A stretch of 19,680 bases of DNA from Gemmatimonadota bacterium (GTDB lineage Bacteria; Gemmatimonadota; Gemmatimonadetes; Gemmatimonadales; GWC2-71-9): contig JBDHAB010000049.1 of assembly GCA_039588295.1 (NCBI GenBank), positions 1-19,680 on the forward strand, written 5' to 3'. This document shows positions 1 through 7,105 of this stretch, in pieces. Below the pieces are notes generated by a model. It was given only the letters and a program-made list of their open reading frames with translations. It made no database searches and had not been told where the DNA came from. The position numbers and the translations under genes were made by a program. The stretch's first letter is position 1, and each line of letters begins with the position of its first letter.

Positions 1-39
1 ACGTGGCTGCGTCAGCGCGTGACGCCCGCGAACGCCTGA
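1..39 (+). CDS. Possible 3' end of an upstream gene (TWLRQRVTPANA*), product unknown
   Basis: Frame 1 is open from the window edge to TGA at 37-39, with mostly G/C third codon positions. It converges on the 55..219 ORF. Too short to identify. Confidence 0.3.
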   Translation, partial: TWLRQRVTPANA

Positions 40-54
40 ATCATCGCCGTGGAA

Positions 55-219
55 TCACCGACACTCCTCGCAGACACCGTGAAACACCTTGGCGCCGCCC
101 ACGCGGTGTGCCAGGCCGAGGCCATGCTGCGGCCGCGATCCGGAGAACCTGGTGCCACATTCCTGGCAGAAGGTCGGGACGGCTCCTGCGGCGATGAGCC
201 GCTCAGACGTATCGGACAT
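55..219 (-). CDS. Small putative zinc-binding protein, 54 aa (CxxC-x28-CxxC); alternative start at 252
   Basis: Translation MSDTSERLIAAGAVPTFCQECGTRFSGSRPQHGLGLAHRVGGAKVFHGVCEECR contains two CxxC knuckles, the last at the C-terminus. Codons are GC3-rich. The RBS is weak. Confidence 0.5.
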   Translation of the reverse strand: MSDTSERLIAAGAVPTFCQECGTRFSGSRPQHGLGLAHRVGGAKVFHGVCEECR

Positions 220-413
220 TCGGTGACCCGAATTTTGGCTGTGTCTATGCATGGGAGCAAGGATAATCGACTAAAGGCCCGAACGGCACTGGCAGCCGAT
301 AACGAACCGGTAACCCAGGTGACGTCACATCTTCGAGACGAGGCGGAACTGTGCCTCCGCTTGCGGGCCCCCCGCCCGGTTAGCTTTACAGGAGTCTCGA
401 AGGGAGCAGGCCC

Positions 414-1294
414 TTGCACCGATCGACGTACCCCGCGGTGGCTGCCGTCTTGAGCCTCGGTGCTCACGCGGTCTCCGCCCAGGCACCCGCCGTCTATCAC
501 GTGTCCGTGACCGGCCCCATCTCACTTGCATTCTCGACCTTGCCTCGCCGGGAGGTCGCTTCGACATGGCACAGCTGATTGTGAGTGAGATCGCGGCGAC
601 GGACATTCCGGTATACGCGCTTGTGAGCCAACACGCGTGGGGTGCGGCGGCCTTAGTCTCGTTGGGCGCGGACTCGATCTTTATGGCGCCGGAAACGTCG
701 CTCGGAGCGAGTCCGGATGCCGAATCGGAGTCCCGGCGGATCAGTCCGGCAGCCCGAGACGTGATGCAGCACGAGTTTGGGACGCTCACGACGCTTCGCG
801 GCCTCGACTCCCGGATCGGGGAGGCCATGGTCAACCGCGACATCGCGATCCCGGATCTCGTTCGGGCGGGCGCGCTCCTCACGTTGACTGTGGCTTCCGC
901 CGTGCGAGTGGGAGTGGCCGCCGCCGGCGTCGACGACCTGAATGGACTCCTCCGCCACGCCGGTATCGAGGGGGCGGAGGTCGTGACGGTCGGCGCGGCC
1001 TGGACCGGAACCACCGTGCGCACGACCAACTACCACACGCGAGATCTCAGGATCTACCTCGTCCGTGGCCAAAGTCGGTTTCGTTTGGGAACGGTGACGA
1101 GCATGGGCTCCGCCGAATTCGACGTTCCCGAACCGATGCTGCCGACGGGAGCCACCATCAGAGTACAGGCGGAGGTGATCGGTTCCTCCGAACGGATTTC
1201 GACCGAAGAGATTCGTGTGGAGCCCGGGCTGCTCATCGAGTGGGTCCTCGAGACCACGCTCATACAATCGAGTTACTTCGTGACTGTGCGGTAG
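414..1294 (+). pseudogene. Frameshifted, internally deleted exported protein: NfeD-like N-terminal (ClpP/crotonase-fold) domain + C-terminal beta-rich domain. The intact downstream frame is the 566..1294 ORF.
   Basis: TTG at 414 follows GGGAG (402-406) and gives a signal peptide plus NfeD-like start, MHRSTYPAVAAVLSLGAHAVSA/QAPAVYHVSVTGPISLA; this frame stops at 576-578. The 566 frame read from 530 gives ILDLASPGGRFDMAQLIV...IPVYALV...AWGAAALVSLGADSIFMAPETSLGA...RGLDSRIGEAMV...LLTLT. These match the NfeD motifs LDIDTPGG, A-x-SAG, ADxIxMAP, AEAMVD and LLTLT. Confidence 0.75.
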
Positions 1295-1339
1295 GCCGGA
1301 GGGCGCCCCAGCCGAGGGAGCCGTGGAGAGGGATTGTCG

Positions 1340-2095
1340 CTATCGCCGTCTCGTCGTGATGATCACCACCCCGTTCGCTCCCTTGGAACCATACATCGCC
1401 GACGCGGCGGCCCCCTTCAAGATCTCGATACGCTCGATGTCGTTGGGATTCAAATCGGAGATGCGGCCCGATAGGGACTCCTGCCCCCCCGTGACGGTGG
1501 CTACACCGCTGGCGATGGAGGCGTTGCTCACAATGACGCCATCCACGACGTAGAGCGGGGAAGTCGCTCCCAACAGCGTGGTCACCCCCCGGAGCGTTAG
1601 CTGCAAGTCGGCACCAGGCACACCTGAGTTGTACTGAATGTCCGCTCCGGCAACCTTGCCCTGCAGTGCCTGTTTGATGCTCGCAGCCGGAACCTGGTCG
1701 ATGTCGCGGGCGCGCACAGTCGTGGTTGAGGTCGCGCGATTGGTGCGGTCGGCGGGGTTTTCGCTGACGACGACCCCCTCCACCTCGACAATGTCGGGAA
1801 TGAGACTGACGAAAACCGTTTCTTGCGACGCCGAAACCGTGACCGTCTGGCGTCGGTACCCCCGACTCTGGATGATCAGGGTCACGTCTCGCAGCGGCAC
1901 GTGGAGTACGAACACCCCGTCGGGTCGCAGGTGATCTCGTATGGCCGCGCCTTTGATGGACACCGAGCCCACCGCAACAGGTCTTCTGGTGCGCGCATCG
2001 ATCACCCGCCCACTCACCGTTCGCGTCTGAGCCTCCGCGGCGGAGACCGCGACTCCCAACATCCCAACCGTGACCAACATGTTCCAGCCACGCAT
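1340..2095 (-). CDS. TonB-dependent receptor plug-domain protein (signal peptide + carboxypeptidase-regulatory-like domain + plug, no beta-barrel)
   Basis: Signal peptide ending AAEA/Q; VSGRVID N-domain; plug motifs LQGKVAG, LRGV, SPLYVVDGV, DLNPNDIERIEILKGAAASAMYGSKGANGVVIITT, followed directly by the stop. RBS GGTGAGGG upstream. Confidence 0.9.
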   Translation of the reverse strand: MRGWNMLVTVGMLGVAVSAAEAQTRTVSGRVIDARTRRPVAVGSVSIKGAAIRDHLRPDGVFVLHVPLRDVTLIIQSRGYRRQTVTVSASQETVFVSLIPDIVEVEGVVVSENPADRTNRATSTTTVRARDIDQVPAASIKQALQGKVAGADIQYNSGVPGADLQLTLRGVTTLLGATSPLYVVDGVIVSNASIASGVATVTGGQESLSGRISDLNPNDIERIEILKGAAASAMYGSKGANGVVIITTRRR

Positions 2096-2192
2096 GAGTC
2101 TACCCTCACCTAGAGACCGCGCGTCCGGCCTGTGCCGATTGTGCTTGGCGTTGTTCCTTCCATCAACTTACCGCGAAATTCCCGGAAGACCC

Positions 2193-2237
2193 AAATAAGA
2201 GACCCCCCCGCAGCGCCTGAGCACTGCGGGGGAGGTC
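2193..2237 (-). terminator. Rho-independent terminator downstream of susD
   Basis: Minus-strand RNA GACC(U)CCCCCGCAGUGC-UCAG-GCGCUGCGGGGGGGUC forms a ~16-bp GC stem with one bulge and one G-U pair, followed by UCUUAUUU. It starts about 45 nt after the susD stop. Confidence 0.8.
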
Positions 2238-2282
2238 GAGGGTTAACGGTCGGTCACCTGTCCATCCGGTGCCGCAGTGGAG

Positions 2283-3677
2283 TTAGCATCCCTGGCTCGG
2301 CGGAGGCACCCTCGCGTCACACTCCCCCACGGGGAACGGGAACAGCGCAGGCAATTGCAGTCCGGCAACCTGATCGTCCGCCGCCAAGTCAGCGAGCCGG
2401 CCGTACCGGCGCATGTCGATCCACCGGTGGCCACCCTCGAACAGGAGTGAATAGCGGCGCTCGTACAACAGGGCGTCGACCTGCTCCGTGGGGGTCATGG
2501 CGGCCAGGTCGATCGGCGCGAGTCCAGCCGCCGAGCGAATCAGGTTGAGGTCGGCGTTGGCCGCCGTCAAGTTTGCGGCGCCCCCGATTCCGATGTTCGC
2601 TTCGGCCCGCAGTATGATCAACTCCTCGTTGCGAATGATCGGGACCGCTGCATCCGCACTGTTATACAGGTTGAACGCCAGGTCCGACGAGAGCCCCAAC
2701 GTCGCCTGGTCGGTCGCGGTAGGAACGCTGACCAGCTTATCCACGAAACGCTGATCCGGTGTCACGCCATCGGTCTGTACCTGGGCAGCGGTGCGGATAG
2801 CCACATTCGCCAGGATGATCAGGCCCGAGGGATCGAAGATCGAGTTCACGGCATCGCCCGATCCGGTCCCATAGCTGTAGTAGACACCCAGCGAGAACGG
2901 GGCGGCATCATCCAGAAACGAATCCCCCAGACTCGTCAGAGCCGTCGCGAAGTTCCCCTGGTAGACATCCACCCGGGCCCGGAGGGCGCGATTGAACTGG
3001 CGGAACGTGGCTGGGGTGTCGAACCCGGTAAACCCGCTCGGGAACGACAGGTCGCTCGCGAAACTGGCGCCAGCATTGCCCAGATCCGCGTCCGCTGCGT
3101 CGAGCAGGGATTCGATGGTCGAGTACACTGTCGCCTTGTCGACAATGGGTTCCGGCTCGCCCGTGGGATCCTCCGCCACGGTTACCACCGCGCCATTGTC
3201 ATCGTGCGTGAGGATGACCTGCAACAGGAACAGCGCTTGGAAGGTCTTGGCGATACCCCGAACGCCGTTCTTCTCCGCATCGGGCATGGTTTCCAGCGCG
3301 TCCAGGGCGTTCAGCACGATGTCGGCCTCGCGGAACCCTCGATACGGAGTCACCCAGAAATTACCTCCGAATGCGCCGTTGCCGCCGTCCAGGGGGTCGC
3401 GCAGGAGCTCGGTGATGAAACGGGGATCCGCCGCGTCGAAGTTGAAGGACTCGCGTCCGATGATGCCCAAGTTGGAGACCCAACCCGCGCGGGCCGCGAT
3501 CCCGGTGCGCGCGCGGACGAACAGCCCTTGCGCGGCCGTCACCACGGCCACGCGGCTCGCATCGGCCCCGGTCAGCTCGTCGATGCTGGGATTGTTGAAG
3601 TCCGGTACCGTCAGATCCTTGCAGCCGCTGACGGCCAGCATCCCCAAAAGCAGGGGCAGTGCTCGATATGCTTTCAT
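2283..3677 (-). CDS. susD: RagB/SusD family outer-membrane lipoprotein (464 aa from ATG 3677)
   Basis: Lipoprotein signal MKAYRALPLLLGMLAVSG-C19 with a GAGAGAGGA RBS, preferred over the GTG at 3704. SusD motifs ALRARV, PIIRNEELIILRAEA, LNLIR, LLYERRYSLLFEGGHRWIDMRRYG. Lies directly after susC. Confidence 0.93.
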   Translation of the reverse strand: MKAYRALPLLLGMLAVSGCKDLTVPDFNNPSIDELTGADASRVAVVTAAQGLFVRARTGIAARAGWVSNLGIIGRESFNFDAADPRFITELLRDPLDGGNGAFGGNFWVTPYRGFREADIVLNALDALETMPDAEKNGVRGIAKTFQALFLLQVILTHDDNGAVVTVAEDPTGEPEPIVDKATVYSTIESLLDAADADLGNAGASFASDLSFPSGFTGFDTPATFRQFNRALRARVDVYQGNFATALTSLGDSFLDDAAPFSLGVYYSYGTGSGDAVNSIFDPSGLIILANVAIRTAAQVQTDGVTPDQRFVDKLVSVPTATDQATLGLSSDLAFNLYNSADAAVPIIRNEELIILRAEANIGIGGAANLTAANADLNLIRSAAGLAPIDLAAMTPTEQVDALLYERRYSLLFEGGHRWIDMRRYGRLADLAADDQVAGLQLPALFPFPVGECDARVPPPSQGC

Positions 3678-3707
3678 GGTTCGATTCCTCTCTCGTGTCA
3701 CCACGGG

Positions 3708-6653
3708 TCAGAAGCCCAGGTCGATGGAGAACCAGAAGCTCCGACTCGGTGGGAACGGAGCCACATCGATGTTTCGGCCGACTGCCTGGTTACCGAAGTT
3801 GCTGACCTCGGGATCCATTCCCCGGTAGCCGCTGAACGTGAACAGGTTGCGCCCGCTCAGGCTCAGGCGTGCGGTTCGGATTGCACCCCAGATGCCGGAC
3901 ACCAGCTGCTGTGGCAGCTGCCAGGCGATGGTCGCCTCGCGCACTTTGAAGAACGACGCGTCCTGGATGTAGAGACTCGTGCCGACGGCGCTGCTACCGA
4001 AGTTGGCAATGCGGAACGAGCCACCGTCGTCTGCTTCAAAGTCCTCGCTATTCGCACCGGCGTCGTACAGCAGCTCGGTGAGGTTCACCACGTCACCACC
4101 CTTTTGCCAATCCGCGTGGACGAACAACGAGAAAGACCCCACCGCGACATCGTTGGTGATTCCCATCCGGAAGTCCGGATTCGCATCGCCGAGCTGGCCG
4201 ACTGGACCACCGTTCCCGGTATTGCCAACGAGCTGGGTGACGGACTTGCCTTCCTCGATCCGGAAGGTTCCCAACCCTGTACCGAACCCGGCGTTGCCCG
4301 GGACGAAGGCGGGCACGTCGAGCTGGGTGACCTTGCTGCGCGACAAGGCGAAGGTCGTTCGCAACAGCCAGCTGATGTTGCTGGCCTGGATCGGCACGAT
4401 CCCCAGGGCCGCCTCCACGCCGCGCACCCGCAGCTTGCCACCGTTGAAGATTTGCAGGGCGAAGCCAGACGACGGGGCGAGTTGACGGGTGAGGAGCAAG
4501 TCGCTGACGCTCTTCTGGTAGCCGGTGAACTCCACGGTGGCCCGGCCGTTCAGCAGCGTCGCGTCCACCCCCCCTTCGATCTCCCTCTGGCGCTCGGGCC
4601 TCAGGTCGGGGTCTCCCACGTTCCCCTGGACCAGGAGGCCGGGGATGCCTTCGACGTTGGCCGTGGCCGTCAGCGGGGTGAACTTCTGGCCGAACAGCGG
4701 CTCGTTGCCAACCTCACCGTACGCAGCTCGGAGCTTGATCTCGTCGAGGAACCCCCCGCCCCCGGGGAAGCGAAACGAGACGGCCGCCTTGGGATACCAG
4801 AAGAGCTTGTCGTCCTCGCTGTTACGGCTCGTCTGATCGCCGCGAATACCGGCAGTGAGGAGCAGCCGCTCGTTCAGGGTCAGCACCTCCTCCTGAAAAT
4901 AGAACCCGAAGTCCTCGGAGCGCCTCCGAACCTCGTTGAGCGTGGGTTTGATACCGGCCGCGATACTCTCCTGGCCGGCGACCTGGCCCTGATTCTGGAT
5001 GCTGGCGCTCGAAAGGTCCCGGGTCGCATAGGTCACGCCCGCCGACGATGTAAAGCTCGTCCCTCCGCCCGCCGGGATGTAGGTGTGAATCACGCTCGTG
5101 TTCAGGTTGAGGAATTCGTTGTCACTGTTGGTGACGAGGGACGTGCCGGGAAAGCCGTCGTCGTCCTCAAATTGCAGGTCCGGCGGGAAGAACAGATCGT
5201 TCTTCTGCTCGAAGAAGTCGACGCCGCCCTGGGCCAACAACCGTAGGCTGTGGTTGCCGGTCTGAATCGCGTCGAATTCCAGGCGCAACGATCCGATGAA
5301 CCGCCACACGTCCTCGTCGTTCTTCATCTGCGCAATCGTTGCCAGCGGGTTGCTGCGCTCGAACGGGTTGTCCGGGAACGTGCCGTCGGGGCGCTGGCGC
5401 AGGTCGACGATGTTCGGCGTGAACGCGAGGACCATGTATGGGCTTACGCCCGCGTTGTCGTTGTTGGTCAGTCCCCGCTGCGCCAAGGTGTGCAGGGCGT
5501 TGGTGCTGATGTTGGCCCGAAACCGGTCGGAGAACTGCTGATCGACGTTCACCCGGATCGACTGTTTCTGGAACCCGGTGTTCTGCATGATCCCTTCGTC
5601 GTTCTTCCACAAGGCCGACGCGAAGTAGGTCGTGTTTTCGCTACCCCCGCTGGCGCTGAGCTGTGTCTCGTACGAGAGGGCGTTACGGCCGGCGAGCGCT
5701 TGTTCGTGATCGAACGTCTGGCCGGGCGTAAAGCCCACGGCAGCCGCGGTCCCCGCTCCGCCCCACGCGTCCACCTCGGCGGCGTCCTCAAAGGTGCGGA
5801 ACCCCAGCTTCTCGGACAGGTCAAAGAATCCGAACCGCTGGGTCACGTTCACCCGAGGCCGTCCCTCTCGGCCGCGCTTGGTCTGGATGATGACCACCCC
5901 GTTGGGCGCCTTGGACCCGTAAATCGCGGACGCCGACGCGCCCTTCAGGATCTCGATGCTTTCGATGTCGTTGGGGTTGAGGTCCACCACCCGGTTGACC
6001 GGCCCGTCCTGGGTGGACGCATTCGAGCCTGCTGAAGCCCGCGTCACGGCATTCGTGTTGGACGAAACGGCTTCGTTGCTGATAATGACCCCGTCGACGA
6101 CGTAGAGCGGCGAGTTCGCCCCGCTGATCGTGGACACGCCGCGAAGCTGGACTTGGGCACCGCCGCCGGGCGCACCGGAGTTCGTATACACGTCGGCTCC
6201 GGCCACCTTCCCCTGCAGCGCGTGCTCAATGCTCTGGGCGGCCACCTGCGCAACTTCCTCGCCGCTGAGTGTGGCCACCGCGTTCGCGAGGTTTCGCCGT
6301 GAGATCTCGGTCGCTCGTCCGGTCACCACGACCTCGTCGAGCTTGAAGACGTCCGCTTCCAAGCTGACGTTCAGGGTGCTCACGCCCCCCGAAAGCGTCG
6401 CAACGGCCCGCTTGTAGCCGATATGCCGGAACAACAGCCGGACCTCGCCGACCGGGACGCCAATGTTGAATGAACCATCGGCGCGCGTCCGGGCCGAGAT
6501 CGTCGTCCCCGCCACCGAAACCCCGACGCCCTCGAGCGGCGCGTCGGTCACGGCATCGGTGACCTGGCCGGTCACCACGCGCGTCTGCGCGTGGGCCGAA
6601 CCTGCCCAGAGGCCAAACAGCAAACCCACGAGTACGACACATCTGGATCGCAT
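3708..6653 (-). CDS. susC: SusC/RagA family TonB-dependent outer-membrane transporter
   Basis: Signal peptide SAHA/Q, N-terminal carboxypeptidase-regulatory-like domain, TonB-box-like LDEVVVTG, plug motif DLNPNDIESIEILKGASASAIYGS..NGVVIIQTKRG, barrel motifs (KLRAAYG, LRPERQREIEGG, DASFFKVRE, GRNLFTF..YRGMDPE) and terminal Phe (IDLGF). AGGAGG RBS at 6664-6669. Confidence 0.96.
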   Translation of the reverse strand: MRSRCVVLVGLLFGLWAGSAHAQTRVVTGQVTDAVTDAPLEGVGVSVAGTTISARTRADGSFNIGVPVGEVRLLFRHIGYKRAVATLSGGVSTLNVSLEADVFKLDEVVVTGRATEISRRNLANAVATLSGEEVAQVAAQSIEHALQGKVAGADVYTNSGAPGGGAQVQLRGVSTISGANSPLYVVDGVIISNEAVSSNTNAVTRASAGSNASTQDGPVNRVVDLNPNDIESIEILKGASASAIYGSKAPNGVVIIQTKRGREGRPRVNVTQRFGFFDLSEKLGFRTFEDAAEVDAWGGAGTAAAVGFTPGQTFDHEQALAGRNALSYETQLSASGGSENTTYFASALWKNDEGIMQNTGFQKQSIRVNVDQQFSDRFRANISTNALHTLAQRGLTNNDNAGVSPYMVLAFTPNIVDLRQRPDGTFPDNPFERSNPLATIAQMKNDEDVWRFIGSLRLEFDAIQTGNHSLRLLAQGGVDFFEQKNDLFFPPDLQFEDDDGFPGTSLVTNSDNEFLNLNTSVIHTYIPAGGGTSFTSSAGVTYATRDLSSASIQNQGQVAGQESIAAGIKPTLNEVRRRSEDFGFYFQEEVLTLNERLLLTAGIRGDQTSRNSEDDKLFWYPKAAVSFRFPGGGGFLDEIKLRAAYGEVGNEPLFGQKFTPLTATANVEGIPGLLVQGNVGDPDLRPERQREIEGGVDATLLNGRATVEFTGYQKSVSDLLLTRQLAPSSGFALQIFNGGKLRVRGVEAALGIVPIQASNISWLLRTTFALSRSKVTQLDVPAFVPGNAGFGTGLGTFRIEEGKSVTQLVGNTGNGGPVGQLGDANPDFRMGITNDVAVGSFSLFVHADWQKGGDVVNLTELLYDAGANSEDFEADDGGSFRIANFGSSAVGTSLYIQDASFFKVREATIAWQLPQQLVSGIWGAIRTARLSLSGRNLFTFSGYRGMDPEVSNFGNQAVGRNIDVAPFPPSRSFWFSIDLGF

Positions 6654-6761
6654 GACCCATCAACCTCCTGTGGAAGGTGTCGGATGTTGCCCGCGTATCT
6701 GCCGCGCCGGGGACCGGTTTGCGGGAGGTGCACCGGTGCGATATGCGATGAGGAAGCTGGC

Positions 6762-6790
6762 ATATTGGTGCCGGTTTCCCGAATTGGCAA
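6762..6790 (-). promoter_or_regulatory. Candidate sigma70-type promoter for susCD
   Basis: Minus strand TTGCCA-N17-CAATAT, about 110 nt upstream of the susC start, in an intergenic region. Confidence 0.35.
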
Positions 6791-6798
6791 GAGCGGCG

Positions 6799-6817
6799 TT
6801 GACTGGAATCGCGTCAA
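6799..6817. promoter_or_regulatory. Palindromic candidate operator TTGAC-N9-GTCAA
   Basis: Perfect 5+5 inverted repeat immediately upstream of the candidate susC -35 box. Confidence 0.3.
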
Positions 6818-6898
6818 GAGCTTGTGGAGAAAGGTGTTACGTGTGGGCTTGGATGAGAGCGCTTCGTGCTGGGTTGCGCAGCAGTGTGTGAAGTGGGT

Positions 6899-6948
6899 TT
6901 GAGACGTGCGCCACCGCGGTGGTTAGGTCCTCATCTTCGCCGTCTCAA
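6899..6948. repeat. Inverted repeat TTGAGACG-N34-CGTCTCAA enclosing the palindrome CCACCGCGGTGG
   Basis: Arms at 6899-6906 and 6941-6948; 12-bp palindrome at 6911-6922. Confidence 0.45.
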
Positions 6949-7023
6949 GGCCACCACAGCGAGGAATGGAAGCCGCGGGAGCGCCCGCAGGTGACGGGTG
7001 ATGGTCGAATGTGAGGGAGACAT
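6931..7023 (-). pseudogene. 30-codon ORF resembling a truncated signal peptide (gene remnant or small membrane peptide)
   Basis: GGAGGT precedes ATG 7023. Translation is MSPSHSTITRHLRALPRLPFLAVVALRRRR*. It lies below the size limit of the ORF track. Confidence 0.4.
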
Positions 7024-7069
7024 GGCACCTCCAGTGGATGACCCCGCAACTCGCGGCGGCAGTGCCCGG

Positions 7070-7085
7070 CCTCGTCGTCGGGCGG
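7070..7085. repeat. 16-bp direct repeat, copy 1 (CCTCGTCGTCGGGCGG); candidate shared promoter element
   Basis: Identical to 18166-18181. Both copies are intergenic and lie upstream of a minus-strand ATG. Confidence 0.6.
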
Positions 7086-7105
7086 TGCTCTTCATTACAA
7101 GGGCA

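Noticed and set aside
271..302. CTAAAG ... GCCGATAA resembling a sigma28 (FliA) promoter
   Set aside because: The spacer between TAAA and GCCGATAA is 19 nt versus about 15 for sigma28, and there is no motility gene context.
319..328. Perfect palindrome GTGACGTCAC in the divergent intergenic region
   Set aside because: A single 10-bp palindrome can arise by chance; no second copy or regulator supports it.
3204..6035. Long plus-strand ORFs (680 aa, 261 aa) opposite susC/susD, and similar ones at 6998-8023, 8042-8941, 9437-10336 and 13119-14369
   Set aside because: These are antisense shadows of GC3-rich genes, with no recognisable motifs and complete overlap with well-supported CDSs.
6654..6760. 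Possible riboswitch in the susC leader (GCAAACC, palindrome GCACCGGTGC)
   Set aside because: The cobalamin, TPP and c-di-GMP consensus elements could not be found by eye. An Rfam scan would settle it.
6853..6866. LacI-like operator around AGCGCT
   Set aside because: Symmetry is limited to the 6-bp core; the flanks do not match.
6922..6928. GTTAGGT matching an integron GTTRRRY core site
   Set aside because: No complementary RYYYAAC box at a suitable distance, no repeated attC-like sites between genes, and no integrase.
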